Positions 28,937 through 44,850 are shown, numbered from the stretch's first letter. The stretch: 64,000 bases of DNA from Eledone cirrhosa (GCA_964016885.1 OZ024756.1:5084001-5148000); one strand, 5' to 3'. Numbers and translations are program-made. Notes: generated by a model not told the origin, from the letters alone.

Positions 28937-30172
28937 ATTGATAACATTAAGGATTTTTTTAAATTTACAGTGTTTTGGGAAGTTGTCAGTCGACAGAGAA
29001 AGATACCGTTAGGGACTCTCCCTCTCTCTCTCTTTCTTTGTCTCTCCCTTTTCTCTCTCTCTCTTTCTTTCTCACTCTCTCCTTCTTTCTCACTCCCTCT
29101 CTCTCCCTCTCACTCTCGCTCTCTCACTCTCTCACTTTCTCTCTCTCTCTTTCCCTCTCTTCTCTTTCCTTCTTCTCCCCTCTCTCTTTCCCCTCTTCTC
29201 CCCCTCTCTCTTTTCCCCTCTTCTCTCTTTTCTCCCCTCTTCTCTTTCACCCTTCTCTCTCTTCTCTCCCCCCCCTCTATCTCTCTCTCTCATTTTCCCC
29301 TCTCTCTCTTTCTATTCTCTTTCCTTCTCTTTTCCTCTCTCTATATATTTTTTAGTTATTTCATGTGTTGAAACCGATATTGTTTTATTATGGGATGGCT
29401 ATGTTGACAGCATTGCAAATAAAAAAAGAAACACACACACCATATCCAAATGATGTCCACATTTTAATTTTGTTGAATAACTAGTAATACAGATACACCC
29501 CATTCTGTTCTCTCTCTGTTTCAAACGAAACAAAACATTACATTACTGCTGCCATTACTACTGCTACTGTTGTTGTTGTTGTTGTTGCTGCACTACACCC
29601 CGAAAAAGTGAAAATTATATAGTACAGTGCGTGTGTCTCTTTTTATTGGCAATCCTGGCAACATAAAAAGCCCCAAATATAAAAAAAACATATTTAAATA
29701 TTTATTGGTTTAAACCTCCTATACATTTGTTTCTATTTCTGTCTCTCATCACTGAAATAGTTATTCTGATTGAAGCAGTGGAATAGATTGCTACCCTGTT
29801 AGAGTCCTTTACCGATGCTATAGTTAATAAAACAAAGAACATACCTCCTTTACATACCGGTATATATTATATGTACTGTCACGTCTGTGAGTATATTTCT
29901 AAAGTAATCAGCTAATGTATCACTCGTTGTAATATTTAACAACATCTGATCCCTTCATACCATTTCCCGCTTATAATAGATTTACCGGGATTTTCCCCAT
30001 AGAGATAAGAACTGGGAAAAGACAAATACATACTTTTCTTTCACATTCCTTACTTTATAGAGGGGTTTTAGACAAGTCCTAAATAATTCCGCATTGAAAT
30101 ATTTGAACTGCTTGCTATAATGTATACAATGATAGAAGTTTGCTTCAGATATGTACGTAAAATAATTTTAAA

Positions 30173-30542
30173 TCTATATTATAATAAGAGTTCTGTCCGC
30201 CCGTCCGTCCTTCCATCCTTGAGGCTTACTTTATATAGAGAAGGGGAGCGTCAAGCGAGAGATATGTCAAATATCTTCAGATAGAGAGAGGAAAAAGGAG
30301 AGCGCTGTGTGTTTTCGAGATGAGAGAAAGAGGTAGATAGATAGATAGAAAGTTATGACGTCACCCGCATCTATATAATGAGAGGGGGAGCGCCAAGTGA
30401 AAGGGATGTATATATATAGAGAGAGAGAGCAAAGGAACGCCCTTTATTTAGTGAAAGAGAATGTGGGTGTGTGTGCGTGTGTGTGTGTGTGTGTGCGCGT
30501 GTGTGCATGAAAGAGAGAGGAGACGGCGTTGCTCTCATCTAG
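30173..30542 (+). mobile_element. Non-autonomous Helitron-like element
   Basis: A|TCTATATTATAATAAGAG start, (GTCC)n tract, 3' imperfect hairpin GAGAG..CTCTC then CTAG|T; inserted between A and T with no TSD. Confidence 0.65.
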
Positions 30543-31302
30543 TTTCTAGAATAATGTAGTTAATAGGAAACATTGTGGGATTTGAAACAAATGTCCGCTA
30601 ATTTTCAAAAAGCCGAAACAATGTGGGCGGAAAATACGATAGGAAAATGCTGACAATAAAACAAAACAAAGTAATGATTTTCAAAATTATTCATCTATAA
30701 TAATTCTATAATAATTCTTTTAATCTATCTTTCGACCCCCTCCTCTTCTCATTATCCTAATTATAGTGTATCCATTTTGTTATTTCTCATTATGGAACAT
30801 TTTTAATCTTTCAATGATTTAAGCCTTTCCTTATATCGAATATAATTTTAATTGATATTTTCCTCATAAGACCACAATTTCCAAATGAGAACCTCCCTAT
30901 TATTATCAAACTCAATACTCGTAACACTTGATCTTTCCAACTATCTCCTTTCTTTAATACAGTTAGGCCTTTATGATGTTTCACTCTACCTCTAGCTGTT
31001 CTGAAATCAACATCAATTCTCTGTTGTTATCTTCACTCTATTTGTAAGTTTTCCTAAGCTAACCCTGAATTTGGTAATTAACGTTAATAGATCCAGAGAC
31101 CTTTGTATCTTTGTAGTCAGACAGAACAATGAGTTATTTCAAATGTGATTGATGTATCAGCACCTAAATATATTGGTTCATAGTCTAACGAAGCAGGAGA
31201 CTAGCAACATACTGTATCATTCTTACTAGAACAATTTCAATCAAAGATTGGTTACAGCAGGGAACAGAAATCAAGGATTAAAAAGAATATAAGTATATCG
31301 AG

Positions 31303-31412
31303 ACGGCGAGTTGGCAGAGTCGTTAGAATGTCGGATAGAATGCTTTGTGGTATTTGTTCCAGCTCTCTGTTTTCTGAGTTCAAATCCCACCGAGGTCGAC
31401 ATTGCCTTTCAT
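31303..31412 (+). mobile_element. SINE related to family A (5' part)
   Basis: TGGCAGAGTCGTTAG A-box, GAGTTCAAATCC B-box, CCGAGGTCGACATTGCCTTTCATC core start. Confidence 0.7.
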
Positions 31413-32316
31413 CAGTTTCACTTCCCTACTCTTTCACTTTCTATCCTTCTCTGGAAGAAATCGGCTTGAAAGGAGATCGGGGTCTGCTAGGCTTATAAAT
31501 GCCCCATAAACACTGTATATCACTACGGCGCTCTAACGACTCCACCAGGAGTTATGGGACCATATCGTACATATACAGCAAGACAGTTAATATTTTTATG
31601 TATTACAAAGAACCACAAGTTTTCTGAATATTTCTGTGATTCACTTCTGCACGTTTAATACTTTAATTCTTGTTTAATGATGCCAACATCAATTATATGT
31701 TTTTCATGTAAAATTATCAATGAATTATATATGAATTCTGAAGATATTTGACAGAATAATATCAGTTAACCCTTACGTTGCCGTATTTCTAACAAAATAC
31801 ATAATGCATTAATTAATAATAAAAATAATATTGAGTGAATTACTAAAATTATGAATTATCACATTACTAAGAAAGAATTAACATATATGATTCTAATATA
31901 TAATTTGGTTAACAAATTATTATTTAAATAAGAATCATTTAAAACGGGGGAATTTCTTTTTTGGTGAAGCAGAGATGATTTTAGTCCGGTTGTTTTCAAA
32001 AACGTTAAAATCTGTTGGTTTAAAGAGAAGTAGTACCTTGGCCATAAATAAATTAGTGAATAAATAAATAGATCAAATATAAATTTTTAAAGAGATGATC
32101 CGTATTTATCTACAAAATAAATAGCTTTTGCAATTTTTCTCATGCAAATATTCGCCTAATGGACGTTGACACAATTCCCTAGAAACACCATTAGGGTTAA
32201 TAAAATATTTCTGTGGCATTTACATTAGTTTAAGCGACCAATCAATTGATAAATCGATAAAAGATATAGCGGATGTTATCAATAGAGTAGAAATATTCTA
32301 TATTCGTGCCCAAACG

Positions 32317-33321
<1,005 letters not shown>

Positions 33322-33856
33322 GTAGATAAATCTCTACCAAGAGTTTACGGTAGTGTCCAATCCGTATGAAGAACTCAATGTAGTCCGGATATCATGGAAA
33401 GAAGAGATGCAATGAAAATCACTTTCGGTGAAAGATAAACGGAATACAGAGTCAAGATAAAATATTAAAAGAATAATGAATAAAACAATGAAACAGTTCC
33501 TTATATTAAACAAAAAAAGTTCATTATTTAACGATCGTTTCTAGGATATATATGTGTTAGAATTGGCATGCATATTCAACAGATCTATGTACAAAATTAT
33601 ACAAAATTATACAAACTATCAAGATTAAATATACATACCAAACACACATATATGCCGGCATATATGTGTGTTTGGTATGTATATTTAATCTTGATAGTTT
33701 GTATAATTTTGTATAATTTTGTACATAGATCTGTTGAATATGCATGCCAATTCTAACACATATATATCCTAGAAACGATCGTTAAATAATGAACTTTTTT
33801 TGTTTAATATAAGGAACTGTTTCATTGTTTTATTCATTATTCTTTTAATATTTTAT
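33322..33856 (-). mobile_element. Severely truncated PLE insertion forming a perfect 400-bp spacerless palindrome plus a 135-bp tail
   Basis: 33457-33856 is a palindrome centred on GCC|GGC (33656/33657); the ORF track gives identical peptides on both strands. 33322-33656 is homologous to the reverse complement of 42580-42906. Confidence 0.9.
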
Positions 33857-33911
33857 ATATATATATTTATATTTATATATATTTATATATATATATATTT
33901 ATATATATATA

Positions 33912-33954
<43 letters not shown>

Positions 33955-34058
33955 TTATATATATATATATTTATATATATATATTTATATATATATATTT
34001 ATATATATATATTTATATATATATATTTATATATATATATTTATATATATATATTTAT

Positions 34059-34923
34059 ATAAAATATTAAACAAATAATGAATAAACAATTCCTTATATT
34101 AAACAAAAAAAGTTCATTATTTAACGATCGTTTCTAGGATATATATGTGTTAGAATTGGTATACATATTCAACAGATCTATGTACAAAATTATACAAAAT
34201 TATACAAATTATCAAGATTAAATATACATACCAAACACATATAAACGCCGTATTCAGAAATAATGAAGTATATTTATTGATAATAACAACAATTCAAAAT
34301 TTCAGGTCCGTTTGGGAACAAAAATTGACCAATGAAAACACAAAGGGTTAAATGCAGTTCGGTGTGTGTATATACATGTAAAACCCTTACACATATTTTA
34401 CAAAAATGTATGTATAAATTGTATACGCATACTAAAAAGATGGATGCAAATACAAAATTTTCAAGGTTAATGTCTCTGTGAGTTATTGACACTTATGAAG
34501 TTAAGTATATAAATATATTTTTTCATACTCACACATATCCGTACAATCACACATACACGCGCGTATATGCATAAATATACACATAACCACGAACATACAA
34601 ACACACACACACCCCCACTCACATTTATATATGTGGATATAAAATCATAAGCACATGGATATTAATTCACTCACATAAAACACTGGCATACACATTTTCA
34701 GATCAAGATACAGAAATTAGGTGGGAGGGGGGGGGGAGGGGTCAATATTCAACGGTCTGAACAGACTGCCTAATATAAATGTATCTATAAACTAAGAAAA
34801 ATAAAACAAATAAAACACAATAAATAAAACATTAAGGAAGAAAGAATAGAAAGAAAAACAGAAAAAAGAAAAAAGAAAAAAGAAATATATCAAGAAAATA
34901 AATATACACATATACACATACAT

Positions 34924-34968
<45 letters not shown>

Positions 34969-35180
34969 TATATATATATATATAAAAAAACACATACATA
35001 TATATACACACATAGACACTCACACATCCATACATAAATATACACACATATATAAATACATACATACATATACACACATCCACACTAAGAACATACATAC
35101 ACACACATATAAAAACATATACATATACACACATACATACATATACACATATACATACAAATACACATACACATATATAT

Positions 35181-35219
<39 letters not shown>

Positions 35220-35537
35220 TATACATACATATGCATATACACGTACATATACATACACATATACATATAATCACACATACTATACAGACACAGATATATA
35301 TAACCACACACATACATGCAAATATACAACACTTACATACTAATATACATACAGATATACACATACATAGCTATATATACACACAAATATATACAGATTT
35401 ACATATATACATACAGACAAATACTTACGCATCTATATATCGGTATATCCATACTAACACCACTACACTATCACACAACATAGAAATACAAAGAGAAAGG
35501 TATATACCTATACACAACATACATATACAAATAGAAA

Positions 35538-35585
<48 letters not shown>

Positions 35586-35614
35586 GACATACATATACAC
35601 TTATATATATATAT

Positions 35615-35662
<48 letters not shown>

Positions 35663-35917
35663 TACACATACAAATACACATAACATATACATACAGATAT
35701 ATACACATACATACATGTACACACACACACACAGAAATATATACGCATACATACATACACACATACATATAAAGTCATACACACACATATATCTACACGA
35801 ACATACACATACACATATATAAAGATATATATACACACACACACACACACGCAACACATACACACATACACATATATATAAAAAATAAATAATAAAGATA
35901 TATACATATATATATAT

Positions 35918-35972
<55 letters not shown>

Positions 35973-36360
35973 CACCCAAATATATATACACATACATACA
36001 TACATAGACATACATGTACATACATATACGTACACCGATATACATATATATATATACATACACACATAGATATATACATACATACACACACAACTTACAT
36101 ACACACATATATATACATGTATATTCATACATAGAATTCGAAATATAATCATACATACATATGCACTTACTTATACTCATATATACTAATACATACGCAT
36201 CCATTTATGCGTATATACATAAAAAACACTACAACCTTACCTAACTCAGACATACAAATAAAATATTAATAAAAAGGCATATGTATATATATACACACAC
36301 GCATTAATAGAGATATATATATATACACACATACACACATACATATATATATATACATAC

Positions 36361-36404
<44 letters not shown>

Positions 36405-36412
36405 ACTCATAC

Positions 36413-36445
<33 letters not shown>

Positions 36446-36519
36446 CAAAGATACCTACACATTCATACCACCATAAATACACATACAAACACCCACATAT
36501 ACATATATATACACACACG

Positions 36520-36559
<40 letters not shown>

Positions 36560-36674
36560 AAAAACAGACATGCACATATATATATATTTTTCTACACTTA
36601 TATATAGACATATTATATACATATACATAACTTCACTTATACACACATACACATAAGTTATATTATAATAATAA
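34059..36674 (-). repeat. Inverted repeat, left arm (about 2.6 kb)
   Basis: Reverse complement of 40146-42771; mirrored ORF-track peptides (e.g. 34274-34492 vs 42338-42556) are identical. Confidence 0.95.
34113..34267 (-). ncRNA. Hammerhead ribozyme, left-arm copy with core substitution (CTGAATA)
   Basis: Mirror of 42563-42717 but with G8 changed to T, so predicted inactive. Confidence 0.65.
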
Positions 36675-38242
36675 CACTTATTGAATTTCAGAATGAATAC
36701 TGGACCAGAAACACATACAGTAATCTTTTTGATATTACTATGGGTTCAAGCGATTCCGCCCAAATTACTGATCTTGTGGGCCTCTTTCTCCTTTTCAACA
36801 TAAATGCCTCTTTTCCCCACCTCAAAGGTGGTTTATATCGTGATGACTGTCTTCTTCTTTCTAACAACCTTAGCCTTTCAGAAATTGAAAAAAACAAAAA
36901 ACATATTAGAACTTTCCTTAAAGACTATTATAATCTTAATATTACTTTTGAAAAAACAAGTAAGGTAGTAAACTTCCTAGATATAACTTTAGATTTAGCT
37001 ACGGGTATCTACCAACCTTACCATAAACCTAACCAAAACTTACATTACATACACTCACAATCTAATCACCCTAAATCTATCCTTAAAAACCTTGCATATA
37101 ATATATCACTTAGAATTTCTAACCTTTCTTCTAACCAAGATGTATTTGATAAAAATGCGACCTTCTATAACGAAGCTCTAGATAGAAGTGGCCACAAAAA
37201 TAGATTAGAGTATATACCTTCTACTAAAAATACTGAAAGCATACAACATAATATTACCAACAAACACCAAATGAAAAGTACACACCTAAATGCCACCCAC
37301 ACTATACCCCAAAATACCAAATCTTCTAATATAAAGTATAATAACTCTCAAAAAACTACTCATCATACAACTCTAATAAATATTAATAATAAAACTCCTA
37401 ATAAAAAGGATAAAACACCTAAATCTACAAATATAACTAAAAATAGTTGTGGTGAGATCATTAACATTAATCCTCCTAGTAAAAATCACGATACAACCTA
37501 TAAAAATAATAAAAATAATAAACAACATAGAAACCGTAATAGACGGGTTACTTGGTATAATGCTCCTTTTAATTTACAAGTTAAGGATAATATTGCTAAA
37601 AAATTTTTTTATATCCTTGAGAAAAACTTCCCGCCAAACCACAAATACCATCAAATCTTAAATAGGTCTACAGTTAAATTCTCATACTCTACAACAAATA
37701 ACATAAAACAAAATATAAGTGCATATAATGCATATAAATGTAAGAAAACCATAACTATACCACCAGTACATCAAATTAACCATAATATCTCCTCAAATAC
37801 AGAATTAACGAAAGGATGTAACTGTAGAAACAAAGCAAACTGCCCATTAAAAGGGAATTGTCTTGTTAACAACATAGTCTATAAATGTAATGTTAAAACT
37901 AAAGATTCTATTTGCTCATATATAGGAGCTACCTCTAACAATTTTAAGACAAGGTTTAATACCCACAAGCATAGTTTTAAAAATGCTGCACTGGCTAATA
38001 CAACATCTCTAGCTGAAAAAATCAATAGTTATAAAAATAAGAATATAAAATATGATTTGACCTGGAGTGTGCTCAAAAGAGCCACCCCTTATCAAAATAA
38101 TAGAAATGAATGTAGATTATGTTCCCAAGAACTATTTGAAATAATGAAGTCTAAGGATATCTTATTAAATAAACGACAGGAATTAATTATATCGTGTAAT
38201 CATAAACTAAAAAAAACATTTAAATATTATAAACCTAATTAA
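36674..38242 (+). CDS. PLE polyprotein, 5'-truncated: reverse transcriptase (from motif B), linker and GIY-YIG endonuclease; Naiad-like
   Basis: The frame is open upstream of the ATG at 36740 (TLIEFQNEYWTRNTYSNLFDITMGS). Motifs: GLYRDD, VNFLDITL, PYHKPN, SNHP, CNCR..CPLKGNCL, IVY..SYIG, FKTRFNTHKHSF, CRLC..E, LLNKRQE..C.H. No internal stop. The ATG is an internal Met of RT motif B. Confidence 0.93.
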   Translation, partial: TLIEFQNEYWTRNTYSNLFDITMGSSDSAQITDLVGLFLLFNINASFPHLKGGLYRDDCLLLSNNLSLSEIEKNKKHIRTFLKDYYNLNITFEKTSKVVNFLDITLDLATGIYQPYHKPNQNLHYIHSQSNHPKSILKNLAYNISLRISNLSSNQDVFDKNATFYNEALDRSGHKNRLEYIPSTKNTESIQHNITNKHQMKSTHLNATHTIPQNTKSSNIKYNNSQKTTHHTTLININNKTPNKKDKTPKSTNITKNSCGEIININPPSKNHDTTYKNNKNNKQHRNRNRRVTWYNAPFNLQVKDNIAKKFFYILEKNFPPNHKYHQILNRSTVKFSYSTTNNIKQNISAYNAYKCKKTITIPPVHQINHNISSNTELTKGCNCRNKANCPLKGNCLVNNIVYKCNVKTKDSICSYIGATSNNFKTRFNTHKHSFKNAALANTTSLAEKINSYKNKNIKYDLTWSVLKRATPYQNNRNECRLCSQELFEIMKSKDILLNKRQELIISCNHKLKKTFKYYKPN

Positions 38243-39920
38243 CAACATTATTTTAGAAATTAATTTAATTTAAATGTTAGTTAACCTATATATTTAATTT
38301 AATTAAAATTTTATTACAGATCAGAATATAAAATATTATGTAATCATAAATTGTGAAAAACCTTTAAATATTACTAATATATACTTAGTAATTTAATTTA
38401 TAGATTAATTTTAATTTATTTAAACCTTTTATTATTTTATTATAATTCTTTTACAGATAAAATATAACAAAATAATATCGTGTATCCAATGACAGAAAAA
38501 TAATTTTTAGTATTATTGACCTAATTAATATACATTTTAGAAATATATTTATAATTTGGTTTTAGTTTTAATCAACCTAAAAATTTAATTTTAATTTGCT
38601 TAATATTCGTATCCTTATACAGACGAATTGCAGAATGTCATGTAATCATAGAATGCGATGTGTTTTGGATATATACCTAGTTAATGTATTCTATGCAATT
38701 TTTTGAAAAAGATATGTATATGTATATGTGTATGTGTATGTGTGTGTGTATGTATATGTATATATATGTATATATATATATATATATATTTGTGTGTATA
38801 TGTGTGTATATGTGTATGTGTATGTATATGTATATGTATGCGTATTAATTTTGATTTCTATTTGCATATAATTATATTATGCTATTGATGAAATACAATA
38901 TCTGCTTTATGTATTGTATACCTAATTAACATATACTATAGAAATAAATATATAATTTTTAATTTAGTTAACCTATAATTTATATTCTACTACCGATGTA
39001 CTACTTTATTTTATTTGTTTTTTCCCTATTACTAATTTCATTTCCTAATATTGATACCATAACGTTATTAACTTTAATTTAGTTATACTGTAATTAATAC
39101 TCTACTACTATTTAACTTCAAAATTCTGCTTCAAATATTATAAACCTAACTAATTTACACCTTAGAAATCAATATGTTAACTATCTTTGGTTTAGTTAAC
39201 ATATAGTTAATGGTATACTTGTTTATTTTGAGATGCATAGATTTTGCCTTAGTTTTTATTTGTTGTATTTCATAACACTGAAAAATATGTAAAATAAACA
39301 TACATTGGATAAAGATACGGAAAATTTTCTATGTTTCTTGAAACATATATTTACTTTGATCCCCTTCTCCAAACCCCCCCTTTCCCCCATACTATTATCA
39401 TCTGTATTTGTAAGCGTCTATGTATGAATATATATGTAGGTAGGTGTCTATATAGGTTTGGCTATTTATATCTAAATATAAAAATACATATACGTGCATG
39501 CAAATATGAATGTAAGATTGTGTGTGTATATATGAGTGTGTGTATGTATGTATATGTGTGTATATATGCATCTATATATGTACGTGTATGTGAATGTGTG
39601 TACGTATATGTGTATGTATGTGTATATGTGTGTATATATATATGTTATGTGTATATATAAGATTATGTATATGTATATATATATATATATGTATATGTAT
39701 ATGCGTGTGTATGTATGTGTGTGTATGTGTGTTGTATATATATGTATGTCTCTCTATTTATATGTATATCTCCGTATCTATGTGATATATGTGTGTGTAT
39801 GTGCATGTATGCACATATATGTGCTTATGTGTATATATATGTGTATGTATGTATATGTGTGTGTGTGCATGCACACAGAGATATATATATATGTGAGTGT
39901 GTATATGTGTCTGTGTATAT

Positions 39921-39975
<55 letters not shown>

Positions 39976-40035
39976 TGTCTATGTGTGAATATATATCTAT
40001 ATTCATATGTGTGTATATGTGTATGTATGTGTTTG

Positions 40036-40079
<44 letters not shown>

Positions 40080-40103
40080 GGTATGTATATATGTATATAT
40101 ATG

Positions 40104-40143
<40 letters not shown>

Positions 40144-40145
40144 TT

Positions 40146-40260
40146 TTATTATTATAATATAACTTATGTGTATGTGTGTATAAGTGAAGTTATGTATATG
40201 TATATAATATGTCTATATATAAGTGTAGAAAAATATATATATATGTGCATGTCTGTTTTT

Positions 40261-40300
<40 letters not shown>

Positions 40301-40411
40301 CGTGTGTGTATATATATGTATATGTGGGTGTTTGTATGTGTATTTATGGTGGTATGAATGTGTAGGTATCTTTGTATATATATATATATATATATATGTA
40401 TATGTATGAGT

Positions 40412-40451
<40 letters not shown>

Positions 40452-40839
40452 GTATGTATATATATATATGTATGTGTGTATGTGTGTATATATATATATC
40501 TCTATTAATGCGTGTGTGTATATATATACATATGCCTTTTTATTAATATTTTATTTGTATGTCTGAGTTAGGTAAGGTTGTAGTGTTTTTTATGTATATA
40601 CGCATAAATGGATGCGTATGTATTAGTATATATGAGTATAAGTAAGTGCATATGTATGTATGATTATATTTCGAATTCTATGTATGAATATACATGTATA
40701 TATATGTGTGTATGTAAGTTGTGTGTGTATGTATGTATATATCTATGTGTGTATGTATATATATATATGTATATCGGTGTACGTATATGTATGTACATGT
40801 ATGTCTATGTATGTATGTATGTGTATATATATTTGGGTG

Positions 40840-40896
<57 letters not shown>

Positions 40897-41151
40897 ATAT
40901 ATATATATGTATATATCTTTATTATTTATTTTTTATATATATGTGTATGTGTGTATGTGTTGCGTGTGTGTGTGTGTGTGTATATATATCTTTATATATG
41001 TGTATGTGTATGTTCGTGTAGATATATGTGTGTGTATGACTTTATATGTATGTGTGTATGTATGTATGCGTATATATTTCTGTGTGTGTGTGTGTACATG
41101 TATGTATGTGTATATATCTGTATGTATATGTTATGTGTATTTGTATGTGTA

Positions 41152-41205
<54 letters not shown>

Positions 41206-41234
41206 ATATATATATATATGTGTATATGTATGTC

Positions 41235-41276
<42 letters not shown>

Positions 41277-41594
41277 TTTCTATTTGTATATGTATGTTGT
41301 GTATAGGTATATACCTTTCTCTTTGTATTTCTATGTTGTGTGATAGTGTAGTGGTGTTAGTATGGATATACCGATATATAGATGCGTAAGTATTTGTCTG
41401 TATGTATATATGTAAATCTGTATATATTTGTGTGTATATATAGCTATGTATGTGTATATCTGTATGTATATTAGTATGTAAGTGTTGTATATTTGCATGT
41501 ATGTGTGTGGTTATATATATCTGTGTCTGTATAGTATGTGTGATTATATGTATATGTGTATGTATATGTACGTGTATATGCATATGTATGTATA

Positions 41595-41633
<39 letters not shown>

Positions 41634-41845
41634 ATATATATGTGTATGTGTATTTGTATGTATATGTGTATATGTATGTATGTGTGTATATGTATATGTT
41701 TTTATATGTGTGTGTATGTATGTTCTTAGTGTGGATGTGTGTATATGTATGTATGTATTTATATATGTGTGTATATTTATGTATGGATGTGTGAGTGTCT
41801 ATGTGTGTATATATATGTATGTGTTTTTTTATATATATATATATA

Positions 41846-41894
<49 letters not shown>

Positions 41895-42771
41895 ATGTAT
41901 GTGTATATGTGTATATTTATTTTCTTGATATATTTCTTTTTTCTTTTTTCTTTTTTCTTTTTTCTGTTTTTCTTTCTATTCTTTCTTCCTTAATGTTTTA
42001 TTTATTGTGTTTTATTTGTTTTATTTTTCTTAGTTTATAGATACATTTATATTAGGCAGTCTGTTCAGACCGTTGAATACTGACCCCTCCCCCCCCCCCC
42101 CCCTCCCACCTAATTTCTGTATCTTGATCTGAAAATGTGTATGCCAGTGTTTTATGTGAGTGAATTAATATCCATGTGCTTATGATTTTATATCCACATA
42201 TATAAATGTGAGTGGGGGTGTGTGTGTGTTTGTATGTTCGTGGTTATGTGTATATTTATGCATATACGCGCGTGTATGTGTGATTGTACGGATATGTGTG
42301 AGTATGAAAAAATATATTTATATACTTAACTTCATAAGTGTCAATAACTCACAGAGACATTAACCTTGAAAATTTTGTATTTGCATCCATCTTTTTAGTA
42401 TGCGTATACAATTTATACATACATTTTTGTAAAATATGTGTAAGGGTTTTACATGTATATACACACACCGAACTGCATTTAACCCTTTGTGTTTTCATTG
42501 GTCAATTTTTGTTCCCAAACGGACCTGAAATTTTGAATTGTTGTTATTATCAATAAATATACTTCATTATTTCTGAAGACGGCGTTTATATGTGTTTGGT
42601 ATGTATATTTAATCTTGATAATTTGTATAATTTTGTATAATTTTGTACATAGATCTGTTGAATATGTATACCAATTCTAACACATATATATCCTAGAAAC
42701 GATCGTTAAATAATGAACTTTTTTTGTTTAATATAAGGAATTGTTTATTCATTATTTGTTTAATATTTTAT
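40146..42771 (+). repeat. Inverted repeat, right arm (3' pseudo-LTR region)
   Basis: See left arm. Confidence 0.95.
42563..42717 (+). ncRNA. Type I hammerhead ribozyme with very long stem II
   Basis: TTCATTATTT CTGAAGA [about 116-nt stem II: TATATGTGTT/AACACATATA, TGGTATGTATATTTAA/TTGAATATGTATACCA] GAAA C-GATC-G TT^ AAATAATGAA. Perfect 10-bp stem I. Confidence 0.85.
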
Positions 42772-42906
42772 CTTGACTCTGTATACCGTTTATCTTTCAC
42801 CGAAAGTGGTTTTTCATTACATCTCTTCTTTCCATGATATCCGGAATACATTGAGTTCTCCATACGGATTGGACACTACCGTAAACTCTTGGTAGATTTA
42901 TCTACA

Positions 42907-44058
<1,152 letters not shown>

Positions 44059-44567
44059 AAAATAACAGATTAAAGTTTAAACAAAGTATCGCTGCTTTCA
44101 CCCTTAACAGGATCTTCTGAAACTAACAAAGTCAATCTGTAAACGCAGAAGTGGATATTTCAAAAAACGTTGCAACCGGGGGAAGACAGGAAGACGATAC
44201 TTTGGTTAGTGGAAACGTTCGCTGGCAAAGAACGGGAAAAACGAATAAAATGCGTCATTAATAGGAGCAGTGAAAAACAATTACTCGCAAAGACAGAACC
44301 ACGTTTATGGTATAAAAGAGGTCGTAGACTAATGTTCTCTTAGGTGGTTCATAGAGAGGTTCTCTGGCAATGAACGAAAAAAATGAAGATAATACGTCAT
44401 ATGTGGAGCGTGGAGAACAAAAGCACGCAAAGACAAAACCACGTAAATGGTATAGCAGAAGTCGTAGACTAAAATTCTAACTAGGAGACCGAATGAATCT
44501 CCGCTACAGAGTTAAGAACAAAGTAAATAAATATATACATATATATATATATATATATATTTACATC

Positions 44568-44598
<31 letters not shown>

Positions 44599-44616
44599 TT
44601 ACACCTATATATATAC

Positions 44617-44688
<72 letters not shown>

Positions 44689-44763
44689 ATATTTATATAT
44701 ATACATAAATATATATTTATATTTATATATATACATATATATATATTTATATATATATATATT

Positions 44764-44850
<87 letters not shown>

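Larger units (their letters stand above)
34059..42906 (+). mobile_element. Young 5'-truncated Penelope-like element with inverted pseudo-LTR, inserted in (TA)n
   Basis: Inverted arm 34059-36674, uninterrupted RT-EN frame, 4.6-kb 3' region, HHR at 42563-42717, tail to 42906, (TA)n on both sides. Confidence 0.92.

Noticed and set aside
36674-38700. Selenocysteine recoding or SECIS, as in some Naiad PLEs
   Set aside because: No in-frame TGA at the Cys motifs I read in the three PLE remnants and no convincing SECIS; the hairpin at about 9830-9860 lacks the 3' GA of the quartet. The missing 5' parts cannot be assessed.
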